Shown here: positions 17,718 through 26,965 of the stretch, piece by piece | Numbering within the stretch: position 1 is the stretch's first letter | Layout of the letters: the number at the start of each line of letters is the position of its first letter | NCBI GenBank assembly: GCA_049324555.1 | Contig: JBMOOR010000157.1 | Span: forward strand, 23,563 to 87,562 | Length of the DNA: 64,000 nt | Origin: Pseudomonadota bacterium | Lineage (GTDB): Bacteria > Pseudomonadota > Alphaproteobacteria > Caulobacterales > Parvularculaceae | Direction of reading: 5' to 3' | The notes under the pieces: generated by a model | Seen by the model: only the letters and a program-made list of their open reading frames with translations | The model's database searches: none | What the model was told of the DNA's origin: nothing | Made by a program: the position numbers and the translations under genes

Positions 17718-19769
17718 ATGAGCGCCGACGACGAGGATCGGTTTCGGCCGAGGCCGGGCCGCATCCGATCCGACACACGCGGCGGCGCGCGGACCAAGAG
17801 CTTCTTCACCAGGGTAAGGAAGATCACCCGGCAGCAGTGCACCGCGCCAGCTCGCCATGGCCCGCGCCGGAGCGCGAGCGCTTCGGCCAAGGGCGCCGCC
17901 CGCGCGCGCGCCGCCAGTGGACCCGGCGTCAGACGCGGGCGCGGTGCGGCCTTCATTCGGTCGCGCCAGCTCGCGGGCGGTTGGCGCCACAGCCAGCCCG
18001 GTGTGCGTCGCGTCGTCGTCAAAACGCGCTTCGTCCACAAGGCCGGAAGGAACGGCAAGGCCGCCGCCCATCTGCGCTATATCCAGCGCGACGGCACGGC
18101 GCGCGACGGCGAACGCGGCCAGCTCTATTCTGAGACGGAGGATCGCGCCGACGGACGCAGCTTTCTGGAACGTGGCAAGGAGGATCGCCACCAGTTCCGC
18201 TTCATCATCTCGCCCGAAGACGGCGCCGACCTGTCGGACCTCAAAGCTCACACCCGCGACCTTATGAACCAGATGGAAGCGGACCTCGGCACGAAGCTCG
18301 ATTGGGTCGCGGTCAATCACTACAACACCGGTCATCCGCATGTTCATGTCATCGTCAACGGGCGTGACGAGCTGGGCGGGGATCTGGTCATCAACGGCGA
18401 CTATCTCGCCAACGGCATCCGCGAGCGGGCGAGCGAGTTGGCGACGCTCGAACTCGGCCCCGTCACCGAGATCGAGCAGCGCCGCAAGTTATCGGCTGAG
18501 ATCGACCAGGACCGCTTCACTCGCATCGACCGGGCGATGACGGAAGAAGCCGAGGACCGCTTCCTCGATCTGTGCCATCAGCCGGCCGAACCGAGACGCC
18601 AGTTCAACCGTGCGCTTCGCCTGCGCCGCCTCGCCAAGCTGGAGAAGATGGGGCTCGCTGCCGAGCATGCGCCCGGCGTCTGGGAGCTAAGCGAGCGGCT
18701 GGTGCCGACCTTGCGCGCGTTGGGCGAGCGCGGCGACATCGTCCGCTCCATGCACAAGGCGCTGAAGGCCGATGGCATGGAGCGCGATCCGATGACCTTT
18801 CGCATCCACGAGGCCGCGCCCGAAACATCCATCGTCGGCCGCGTCGTCGACAAATACCTGTCCGACGAACTGGGTGAGAACCTCACTCTTGTCGTCGATG
18901 GGATCGATGGGCAGACGCACCATGTCTCCAGCATTGAGCCGGCTCGCGTGGACGACGCACGAATCGGCAGCATCGTCGAGATCGGCCCGGCCGAAGCGAC
19001 GCGGCGTCCGTCCGACCAAGCCATCGCCTCCATCGCCGAGAGCGGGGTCTATCGGCCGAGCCGACATCTGGAGCAGGCCCGCTTCGAGGGGCGTGTTCCG
19101 GGCGGCGACTATCAGGGCTTTATCGACGCCCATGTCCGCCGGCTGGAGGCGTTGCGCCGCGCTGGTATTGCCGAGCGGATCGACGCTGACCAATGGCGCA
19201 TCCCCGAAGACTTCGAGCATCGCGCCACCGCCTACGACGCCGGTCGGCGCCGGCAGGCCAATATCCGCATCCTTTCGGCCTTCGATCTGGACAAGCAGAT
19301 CGGCGCCGACGGCGCGACCTGGCTCGATCGGCGGCTGATCGTCGGCGAGGCTTCCGATCTCGCCCCCGCCGGCTTCGGGCAGCAGGTTCGCGACGCAATG
19401 GACCGCCGGCGCGATCACCTAATCGACCGGGGCGACGCCACCCGCCAACAGAACGGCCGCGTCTTCTACCGGCGCAATCTCCTCGCTACGCTGCGCGAAC
19501 GCGATGTCGCTCGCGCCGGCGCCGAACTGGCGACGAGCAAGACCATGCCGTTCCGCGCCGCAAGAGACGGCGAAACCGTCGGCGGCAAGTTCACCGGCGC
19601 CGTCCAGCTATCGAGCGGCAAGTTCGCCATCGTCGAAAAGAGTTATGAGTTCACCCTTGTCCCCTGGCGGCCGGTCATCGACCGTCAACTCGGCCGCGAA
19701 GTCATGGGCGTCGTGCAAGGGGGGTCGGTATCGTGGCAGTTGGGACGGCAAAGGGGTCTCGGGCTGTGA
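17718..19769 (+). CDS. rlxS: VirD2/MOBP-type relaxase with DUF3363 C-terminus (RlxS-like)
   Basis: AHLRYIQRDG (catalytic Tyr), RHQFRFIISPEDG, HYNTGHPHVHVIV (HUH). Confidence 0.92.
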   Translation: MSADDEDRFRPRPGRIRSDTRGGARTKSFFTRVRKITRQQCTAPARHGPRRSASASAKGAARARAASGPGVRRGRGAAFIRSRQLAGGWRHSQPGVRRVVVKTRFVHKAGRNGKAAAHLRYIQRDGTARDGERGQLYSETEDRADGRSFLERGKEDRHQFRFIISPEDGADLSDLKAHTRDLMNQMEADLGTKLDWVAVNHYNTGHPHVHVIVNGRDELGGDLVINGDYLANGIRERASELATLELGPVTEIEQRRKLSAEIDQDRFTRIDRAMTEEAEDRFLDLCHQPAEPRRQFNRALRLRRLAKLEKMGLAAEHAPGVWELSERLVPTLRALGERGDIVRSMHKALKADGMERDPMTFRIHEAAPETSIVGRVVDKYLSDELGENLTLVVDGIDGQTHHVSSIEPARVDDARIGSIVEIGPAEATRRPSDQAIASIAESGVYRPSRHLEQARFEGRVPGGDYQGFIDAHVRRLEALRRAGIAERIDADQWRIPEDFEHRATAYDAGRRRQANIRILSAFDLDKQIGADGATWLDRRLIVGEASDLAPAGFGQQVRDAMDRRRDHLIDRGDATRQQNGRVFYRRNLLATLRERDVARAGAELATSKTMPFRAARDGETVGGKFTGAVQLSSGKFAIVEKSYEFTLVPWRPVIDRQLGREVMGVVQGGSVSWQLGRQRGLGL

Positions 19770-20047
19770 AGGCAAGTCCCAAGCTCAACCGTCGCATCGA
19801 CGACACGGCAAGATGGAATCACGTCTCTGCAATGAACTCCGGCCCGTAGGAAACCGGAAGGCTTATCGAGCGCACGATGAAGCAGACCTTGTGAATGTGG
19901 TTATAGTGTCTCTGCAAGCTTGCAATATCGCGGACCTGCTCGACCGCGATGTCACGAGCATCGTACAGCGCGGGACCGCCCAGCCTGCCGTATGATTCAA
20001 CGCTGCTTGAGCGCCTCAGCCACCTCTGACGGACAATCATGTCCTTG

Positions 20048-20482
20048 TCAGACCTTGCGCGACAATATGGCGAGCAGATCAGCCAATTGATCGGCGCGAG
20101 CACCGGCCAGTTTCGCGCCAACATGCCCTTGGATTGCGGCGCCATAGACTGTCCATATTCGCGACTGCATCGCGCGGCCCGCTTCGGTGACGACCACCCA
20201 ACGGCCACGTCCATCATCCGCGAAAGCTTCGCGCCGGACCAAACCGTCCTTTTCCATGCGATCGAGGAGCCGGGAAAGGTTGTGCTGCGCGAGCAGCGTC
20301 CGCTCCTCAATCTCATAGGGGCGGAGTTTCCCGTCCTCAGCGCGCACCAGTTCCAGCAGCACATCATACCAGCCGAGTGGTGGAAGACCTGCCGCCTTCA
20401 GGTCCTGCTCGATTGCGGCCAGGACTAGGCGCTGCGCCCGCATGAGGCGCACCCAAGCGCGGATGACGGACGGAGAGGGCAT
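20048..20482 (-). CDS. MarR family regulator
   Basis: WYDVLLEL...HNLSRLLDRMEKDGLVRRE...DGRG. Confidence 0.9.
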   Translation of the reverse strand: MPSPSVIRAWVRLMRAQRLVLAAIEQDLKAAGLPPLGWYDVLLELVRAEDGKLRPYEIEERTLLAQHNLSRLLDRMEKDGLVRREAFADDGRGRWVVVTEAGRAMQSRIWTVYGAAIQGHVGAKLAGARADQLADLLAILSRKV

Positions 20483-20515
20483 CGTGTCGGCGCTCGAGGA
20501 GCAGCTGGGCATAAA

Positions 20516-20576
20516 TGCAATTACATCTATATTGACGGGCAACGCAAGCTGATATAGATGTAGTTGCATCTACATC
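20516..20576. promoter_or_regulatory. Two probable MarR operators between marR and doxX
   Basis: GATGTAGTTGCATCTACATC (20557-20576), an 18/20 palindrome; TGCAATTACATCTAT (20516-20530) is an inverted copy of 20554-20568 (14/15). Confidence 0.7.
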
Positions 20577-20594
20577 GCGAACCGGAGTTCGTCC

Positions 20595-21005
20595 GTGACC
20601 CAAGACCGCCTGACCGACTACGCCGTGGCGCTGCTGCGCATTAGCCTCGGCGTCATGTATCTCGCCCATTCCATCGCGCTCAAACTACTGACCTTCGGGC
20701 TTGTCGGCACGGCGAGCTATTTTGAATCCATAGGCCTGCCGGGATGGCTGGCCTATGTGACCTTCGCTGCGGAAACCATCGGCGGAGCAATGCTGGTTCT
20801 TGGCGTTTATGCCCGTTGGGTGGCCGTGGGGCTGATCCCGGCGTTGCTCGGTGCGATTATCTGGGCGCATGGCGGTAATGGCTGGGTATTCAACGCGCCG
20901 GGCGGCGGCTGGGAATATCCGCTCTACCTGATCGTGCTCTCCGCCGCGCAGTTCCTGCTTGGCGATGGCTCTTACGCGCTGCGTCCCTCCAAGCCGCTTC
21001 TCTGA
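20595..21005 (+). CDS. DoxX family membrane protein
   Basis: LLRISLGVMYLAH, GNGWVF...GGGWEYP. Confidence 0.9.
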   Translation: MTQDRLTDYAVALLRISLGVMYLAHSIALKLLTFGLVGTASYFESIGLPGWLAYVTFAAETIGGAMLVLGVYARWVAVGLIPALLGAIIWAHGGNGWVFNAPGGGWEYPLYLIVLSAAQFLLGDGSYALRPSKPLL

Positions 21006-21027
21006 TCCCATGACAGGAGATCCCGTC

Positions 21028-21711
21028 ATGTCCAACGCCAAGCTGACGCTGGTCAGCCATCACCTCTGCCCCTATGTCCAGCGCGCGGCCATTGCGCTTA
21101 CCGAGAAGAGTGTGCCCTTCGAGCGCCGCTATGTTGATCTCTCGGCCAAACCAGACTGGTTCCTCGCCATCTCCCCGCTCGGCAAGGTACCACTGCTGAT
21201 CGTCGCTCACAGCGAGGGCACGGAGACCGTTCTGTTCGAGAGCGCCGCGATCTGCGAATATCTTGAAGAAACGCAGGCTGGCGTTCCCCTACATCCTGCA
21301 GATCCTCTGACGCGCGCCCGGCGTCGGGCTTGGATGGAGTTCGGTTCGTCCATCCTGTCCGATCTATGGGGCTTCGAGACGGCAACGGATGCCGAAACAT
21401 ATGAAAGCAAGCTCAGGGCGCTGATCGACAAGTTCGGCCGCGTGGAGGCGGAACTGGGCGAAGGCCCGTTCTTCGCCGGCGAGCGGTTCAGCCTCGTCGA
21501 TGCGGCCTTCGCCCCGATCTTCCGCTATTTCGATGTTTTCGATGCCATCGCGGAAACAGGAGTCTTCGCCGATACAAGCAAGGTTCTGGCGTGGCGAGCG
21601 GCGCTTCGCGAGCGTCCGAGCGTGGCTGGCGCAGTGGCCGCCGACTACGCCGTCCGGCTACGCTCATTTCTTATGGACCGGGACGCCTACCTTCTCAAAA
21701 TTGCGGCGTGA
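21028..21711 (+). CDS. Glutathione S-transferase
   Basis: SHHLCPYVQRAAI, SPLGKVP, LFESAAICEYLEE, FSLVDAAFAP. Confidence 0.9.
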   Translation: MSNAKLTLVSHHLCPYVQRAAIALTEKSVPFERRYVDLSAKPDWFLAISPLGKVPLLIVAHSEGTETVLFESAAICEYLEETQAGVPLHPADPLTRARRRAWMEFGSSILSDLWGFETATDAETYESKLRALIDKFGRVEAELGEGPFFAGERFSLVDAAFAPIFRYFDVFDAIAETGVFADTSKVLAWRAALRERPSVAGAVAADYAVRLRSFLMDRDAYLLKIAA

Positions 21712-21775
21712 AGAAGCCATGACTCGGAATGTGGCATGGCTTCTGTTGCTCGCGCCGGCATAGTGCGGCTGAGCG

Positions 21776-22741
21776 ATGCGACGGCGGCGTTCACCTCTTA
21801 TAGTTGATCATCGGTTGGGGATACCGACCTCGCTGGGATCGCGCATTCCTCTCGCCTCGCTCATTCAGACGCTGGCCGTCGCTGAATATCTGAACTTCCG
21901 CCACGCAGCGAACGCGCTCGGCGTCGCGCAATCCAGTGTCAGCGCGCGCATAAAAGCTTTGGAGGAAGACCTTGGCATCCTGCTTTTCGAGCGTCACGCG
22001 CGGGGCGTTCGGCTGACGGAAGCCGGCCAGCATTTCGTCGAGAGGGTGACGACAGGCATCGGACATCTCGACCATGCCGTAAGGACAGCCGGCATGGTGG
22101 CGCGCGGCGAGAAGGGCAGCTTGCGCATCGGCATCTATGCGCTGGTCCCCGGCAGCTTCCTCGCCAACCTTCTTAAACAATTCCGGGAACAACATCCGGG
22201 CGTCGAGTTCGAAATCGTCGAAGGTACAGCCCGCGATAGCATCACGCGGCTCCGGGCAGACCGGCTAGACATGACGTTCGTGGCAGGTTCGCCTGAGTTT
22301 CCCGACTGTCATTCTCGGCGGATATGGAGCGAGCGGCTGCTTGCCGCGTTGCCGTCCCGTCACCCGCTCGCCGATGGAGCAGGCGTCACCTGGGCCGATC
22401 TGGCGGGCGACACCTTCATCGTCCGCCACGGTGGCACTGGCCCCCAGGCGCATGACCACATTGTCCTGCGCCTCGCAGGCAGATTTGCGAGGCTGTCAAT
22501 CCTGCGCTTCGATGTCGAGCGCGGCACACTGCTGTCGATGGTTGCGCAAGGCTATGGCGTCACCATCGCCGGCGAGGCGACATCGCCGATGCTCGCGCCT
22601 GGCGTGACCTTCCTACCGATTCTCGACGAGCCGGGACCACTCGCGTTCTCCGCAATCTGGTCCCCGCACAACCGTAACCCCGCGCTCGGAAGCCTTCTCG
22701 ATCTAGCAGCCAAGATGAGTCGGTCAGGCTGGACAACCTGA
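21776..22741 (+). CDS. LysR family regulator, copy 1 (TraR-like of Tn4371)
   Basis: AVAEYLNFRHAANALGVAQSSVSARIKALEEDLGILLFER...LTEAG. Confidence 0.9.
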   Translation: MRRRRSPLIVDHRLGIPTSLGSRIPLASLIQTLAVAEYLNFRHAANALGVAQSSVSARIKALEEDLGILLFERHARGVRLTEAGQHFVERVTTGIGHLDHAVRTAGMVARGEKGSLRIGIYALVPGSFLANLLKQFREQHPGVEFEIVEGTARDSITRLRADRLDMTFVAGSPEFPDCHSRRIWSERLLAALPSRHPLADGAGVTWADLAGDTFIVRHGGTGPQAHDHIVLRLAGRFARLSILRFDVERGTLLSMVAQGYGVTIAGEATSPMLAPGVTFLPILDEPGPLAFSAIWSPHNRNPALGSLLDLAAKMSRSGWTT

Positions 22742-22806
22742 CAATCCCCGCAACGCGTCGGCCTCGCGACCACCGCAACCATCCTTGCCGCCGATTGCAA
22801 CCGAGC

Positions 22807-22968
22807 GTCAGTGGCAGGCTCACCGGGACCGTGCCGCGAACGAGCGGCAAGTTCGCGATTTTGGACAAAAGCCACGAGTTCACCCTTGCCCCCTGGCGGC
22901 CGGTCAGCGACCGTCAGTTCAGACACGAGGTTATCGTGCAAGAGGGATCGGTATCGGCAGCTCGGAAA
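22807..22968 (+). pseudogene. Degenerate duplicate of the relaxase 3' tail
   Basis: Translates VSGRLTGTVPRTSGKFAILDKSHEFTLAPWRPVSDRQFRHEVIVQEGSVS versus relaxase VGGKFTGAVQLSSGKFAIVEKSYEFTLVPWRPVIDRQLGREVMGVVQGGSVS (from 19578); has deletions and a frameshift. Confidence 0.9.
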
Positions 22969-23100
22969 GCGCCGAACGACCGGAATTTGGTCCATGGTCG
23001 TTATGCTTGTCGTAGGCGGCGGCGCTCATCGTGAGGACCGAACGCCGGTTGCTTTCCCGCGTCAGAGCGAAATCTGTCCGTGCGGCCTTGGGCCCAGCTC

Positions 23101-23559
23101 TTATGGCGCCCGCATGACGCCGTCGCCGAAGGGATGGTCGATCACCATTTGCCAGGCGCCGTCCGGTTGGCGGCGCAGCACGGCCACCGAAAGGGCGCTC
23201 GTCTCCGTACCGTCCGGGCCTGGCGCGGTCCACTTCATCAAGTGCAGGGCGGTGTCGCCGGCAATGACAACCTCGTGCTCGCCGTAATTGAAGGAGACGC
23301 CGGATTCGACGAAGGCGGCGAACATCGCCCGCAGCGCCGCGTCGCCCCTCGTTGGCTGGCCCGGCTCGCCAACAACGACTGCTCCCGGCGCGTAGGTGGA
23401 CATGATCCGGTCGATGTCGCCAGCGGCGAAGGCCGACGTCATGCTTTCTATTGTGGCGAACACTTTGGTCTCGTCGGGCATCGCGGTCTCCTGTGCTTGG
23501 ACGGCGCCGGCAGTGGCGAGCAATGCGGCAGCGAGCGCCGCTGATTTCACAATCCGCAT
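23101..23559 (-). CDS. Exported SnoaL/NTF2-like (YybH/DUF4440) protein
   Basis: Signal peptide MRIVKSAALAAALLATAGAVQA; AFAAGDIDRIM...VLRRQPDGAWQMVIDHP. Confidence 0.8.
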   Translation of the reverse strand: MRIVKSAALAAALLATAGAVQAQETAMPDETKVFATIESMTSAFAAGDIDRIMSTYAPGAVVVGEPGQPTRGDAALRAMFAAFVESGVSFNYGEHEVVIAGDTALHLMKWTAPGPDGTETSALSVAVLRRQPDGAWQMVIDHPFGDGVMRAP

Positions 23560-23629
23560 GTTTGTTCCTTCTGCGTTGGATGGGCCCATGCTAAATCCCG
23601 TCAGTGTCAGAAAACGGCAGTGGCGTTCC

Positions 23630-24325
23630 ATGCGACTATTTCGTCTCTTCCAGCTTCTCGACGAGTTGCGTCTGCGCCGCACTCCAGTGACGGCGTGTGA
23701 ATTGGCGCGGGAGATGGGCGTGTCACTGCGCACACTTTATCGGGACATCGCCGATCTGCAGGCCATGGGCGCCCCCATCCGCGGCGAGGGCGGCGTCGGC
23801 TATGTCATGGAGCCTGGCTATTTCATGCCGTCATTGCGGTTCGACGAAGACGAGTTGTCGGCGGTTGCTCTTGGCTTGCGACTCGTCGCCGTGCGCACCG
23901 ACGCGCGCATGTCCGAGGCCGCCCGACGGGCGGCGGCCAAGATCGCGTCCGCCGTAAGCGACGAGACGCGCCGGGCCTTCTTGGACAGTTCGTTTGAGGC
24001 GGGGCCGAGCGATGCGGCAAAAGCGCCCCACCTGGAGACGTTGCGCGCGGCCATCCGGCGGCGAATGGTGCTGGAGATCGGCTACATGAGTCTGGCGGAG
24101 AAGCCGTCCACCCGCCGCGCCCGCCCGCTCGGCCTCACTGTATTCGACACGGTCTGGCTTCTGACGATCTGGTGCGAAGCGGCGCGCGACTTTCGACATC
24201 TGCGAGTAGACCGCATCAGCGACGTGTACGAGACCGGCAAGCATTTCCGGGATGAACGGGGAAAGCGCTTCGCCGACTGCCTTGCCCGCGAAGGAAACGA
24301 TTCCTTGATGGGAAATCAGAGGTAA
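23630..24325 (+). CDS. YafY-like HTH-WYL regulator
   Basis: LAREMGVSLRTLYRDIADL..G.GY; RARPLGL...WLLTIWCEAARDFRHLRVDRI. Confidence 0.9.
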   Translation: MRLFRLFQLLDELRLRRTPVTACELAREMGVSLRTLYRDIADLQAMGAPIRGEGGVGYVMEPGYFMPSLRFDEDELSAVALGLRLVAVRTDARMSEAARRAAAKIASAVSDETRRAFLDSSFEAGPSDAAKAPHLETLRAAIRRRMVLEIGYMSLAEKPSTRRARPLGLTVFDTVWLLTIWCEAARDFRHLRVDRISDVYETGKHFRDERGKRFADCLAREGNDSLMGNQR

Positions 24326-24497
24326 ATGGCGGGCCGCGCGGGATGGTGATGGGCGGTATTGCTACACCTTGCACCATGAAGGTTGTGAGGTTGTGAGCCT
24401 ATAATGGAAACCAGTTCAGAGCCCGGCCCACGCCCCTCCACCCAAGGGTCGCTTTCGCCGCAGGCCGTGAACATATTCTACCCAGTCTGGTCCGCAA

Positions 24498-25166
24498 CTA
24501 GTCGACACTCATGGCCAGGATTTGGCTGATCTGGGTGAGCGGTCGGTCGCTTTCGGACCGCCACTGATTGAAGGCGTCCTGAACGGCGATCATGGCGCGC
24601 TTTGACATCGCCGAGCGGTCGATGATTCCCTCCCGGGTGAGCCGCTTACAGACATCCGGCGCGAGGATATAGCCGTCGCGCCCAACCATGCGGCAAACGC
24701 GCTGGCCGGTGACGCCGCCAAGCCGCGCGCCCTTTTCGCTAATGAGCGCGAGAAGCCCGCAATGATCTTCGACGGGCCATTTCGCGAGGTGGCGCGAGGC
24801 CCCGCCGCTTTCATCATCGAGCCGCGAAAGGAACCGGGCATTGTCGATGACGGCGGCGATCTTGGCGCCGTTTCGCACGATTGCCCTGTCAGCGAGTAAA
24901 CGGTCGATATCCGCATCTTCGTAACGGGCGACGCGCCGAATGTCGAAGCTCGCAAACGCCGCATTGAACGCCGGCCACTTCGCGTCGATAACGGACCAGT
25001 TGAAACCTGCCTGAAACAGCGCCTTTGCCATCGCTTCGAGCCAGGCCGACGCGGGGACACGCGCGAGCTTCGCAGTCGGCAGCGGCGTATCGAGCAGGCG
25101 TTCTAGGGCCTTTGGGCCGCCTTTGCGTTCCGCCGCAATGGCTTCGATCTCCCGAAACTCACGCAT
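24498..25166 (-). CDS. DNA-3-methyladenine glycosylase I (Tag) family
   Basis: FQAGFNWSVIDAKWPAF..AF..FD...IVRNGAKIAAVIDNA. Confidence 0.8.
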   Translation of the reverse strand: MREFREIEAIAAERKGGPKALERLLDTPLPTAKLARVPASAWLEAMAKALFQAGFNWSVIDAKWPAFNAAFASFDIRRVARYEDADIDRLLADRAIVRNGAKIAAVIDNARFLSRLDDESGGASRHLAKWPVEDHCGLLALISEKGARLGGVTGQRVCRMVGRDGYILAPDVCKRLTREGIIDRSAMSKRAMIAVQDAFNQWRSESDRPLTQISQILAMSVD

Positions 25167-25761
25167 CTACGACTTCCCGATAGAGTCCGAGTCCCTTCAG
25201 CGTCGTAAGCGTGAGGAGCCAGAGTTCGTCTTCGCTTCTGATAACCTTGCTGAGGACATTGAGCCCAATCATCAGGTTTTGCAGCGCAAGGGCGAGGGCG
25301 TGGATGTTCGCGTCGTTCGGGATCTCGCCTGCGTCGCGCGCCATCTCCAGAAGACGCTCCAGATTCTTCGCCGAGCCAAGTACGAGATCGGCGAGTTCTG
25401 CGCCCAGGCCCTCCGTGTCGGGACAAAGTTCACACACAGCGTTGACAATGAGGCAGCCCCTCGCCTCCGGATCACCAGAGCGGGCGCGGCAGATGTCTCG
25501 GAACACCTTGCTGATCAGAGGCAGCGTCCGCGCGACATCGGGCGCATAGAGCGGCGCGTCAGGGCTCTGCGCCGCATACACCGGGATCGCCTCGCGCAGC
25601 AGCGCCTCACGCGAACCGAACGTGTTGTAGAAGCTCGATCGGGTGATGCCGAGGAGTTCGGACAGGGCCTTCACCGAGGAGGGCTCGAATCCATGCTTCC
25701 AGATCGCGTTCGTAGCCGCGATCAGCGCTTCCTTTCGATCAAACTCTATCGGCCTCGCCAC
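25159..25761 (-). CDS. TetR/AcrR family regulator
   Basis: (V)ARPIEFDRKEAL...LGITRSSFYNTFGSREAL, GCLIVN; GTG start inferred. TGGAC-N5-GTCCA IR at 25797-25811 upstream. Confidence 0.85.
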   Translation of the reverse strand: MARPIEFDRKEALIAATNAIWKHGFEPSSVKALSELLGITRSSFYNTFGSREALLREAIPVYAAQSPDAPLYAPDVARTLPLISKVFRDICRARSGDPEARGCLIVNAVCELCPDTEGLGAELADLVLGSAKNLERLLEMARDAGEIPNDANIHALALALQNLMIGLNVLSKVIRSEDELWLLTLTTLKGLGLYREVVDA

Positions 25762-25867
25762 CGCAGCCTCATCACTAGAAAAATTTTGTTCATCTATGGA
25801 CAAAACGTCCAAAGTTCATTATAGACATATGTGAACAAAACAGCGTCGTCAACCGAAAGAGCCATGG

Positions 25868-26560
25868 ATGCCAAGCCTCAACGAGAAAATACGAAATACG
25901 ATCAAAGGGTTTCGGGAGATGTTGCCACCAGAGATGACCGCGCAACTGGAGCAGGGCGCCGGGGAAATCAGTGCGCTCGATATCGTCGAGAGGGCGCTGC
26001 GTCCGGGCGATCTGGCACCCGCGTTCGATCTCGCCGCTTATGGCGGTGGCCGGCGAACCCTGCCCAGCTATCTCAATAGCGGCCCGCTGGTTCTCACCTT
26101 TTATCGCGGTGTCTGGTGCCCCTACTGCAATCTTCAACTCAAGGAGTATCACGACCGCCTGCTCGAGATCACCAACCTGGGCGCAAGCCTCGTCGCCGTC
26201 ACGCCAGAGAAGCCGGGTGCGTTCGATCGGCTAACGACCTCGGGCGCGCCGGCGGACATAGTTGCGGGCGCCGCTACGTCTGTCGGATTCGACGTGCTGC
26301 ACGACGCGGGCAACGCGCTCGCCCGCCAATACGGCTTGGTGTTCGAGTTGCCTGAAAGTCACCGGCGCGTTCTCGCGCAAATCGGCATCGACCTCGTCGC
26401 AATGACCGGTGATGCGTCTGTCACGTTCCCCGATCCGGCGACATACGTGATCACGCCGGGCGGCCGGATCGCCTGGGCCTTCGTCCCGAACAACTACCGC
26501 AAACGCGCCGAGGTCAGCGCCATCGCTGCGGCGTTGCGCGAACTCAAGTCCAAACAGTAG
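25868..26560 (+). CDS. AhpC/TSA peroxiredoxin-like protein
   Basis: FYRGVWCPYCNLQL (CxxC). Confidence 0.85.
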   Translation: MPSLNEKIRNTIKGFREMLPPEMTAQLEQGAGEISALDIVERALRPGDLAPAFDLAAYGGGRRTLPSYLNSGPLVLTFYRGVWCPYCNLQLKEYHDRLLEITNLGASLVAVTPEKPGAFDRLTTSGAPADIVAGAATSVGFDVLHDAGNALARQYGLVFELPESHRRVLAQIGIDLVAMTGDASVTFPDPATYVITPGGRIAWAFVPNNYRKRAEVSAIAAALRELKSKQ

Positions 26561-26578
26561 CAAGAGGGATAGAAGCAA

Positions 26579-26869
26579 GTGAGCGCCTTCATCATAGCGA
26601 CCGTTACGTTCAAAGATCCTGAGAAGTTCGCTGAGTATGGAAAAAGGGCTGGCGCCTCGATGGCGCCGTTCGGCGGCGAAGTGCTCCAGCGCGGCAAGCT
26701 GAACGCAGTTCTTGCCGGCAAGGCCGATCATGTTGTCGCGGCGGTCATCCGGTTTCCCGATCAGCAGTCGCTGGCGGCGTGGCACGCCTCGCCGGAGTAC
26801 CAAGCCATCATTCCGCTCAGAGATGAGGCAGCCGACATCACCTTGATCTCCTACGATGGGCTGACCTGA
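26579..26869 (+). CDS. DUF1330 protein
   Basis: FGGEVLQRG...VIRFPD...AWHASPEYQAIIPLR. Confidence 0.85.
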   Translation: MSAFIIATVTFKDPEKFAEYGKRAGASMAPFGGEVLQRGKLNAVLAGKADHVVAAVIRFPDQQSLAAWHASPEYQAIIPLRDEAADITLISYDGLT

Positions 26870-26965
26870 TCCGCCATCATCTCTGAGTTCAGCGCGTCAC
26901 GCCGCAAGACAGCCCCATCGGCGCGTCGCTCATCTCCATTCAACCAAGCTTCAGGAACCTACACC

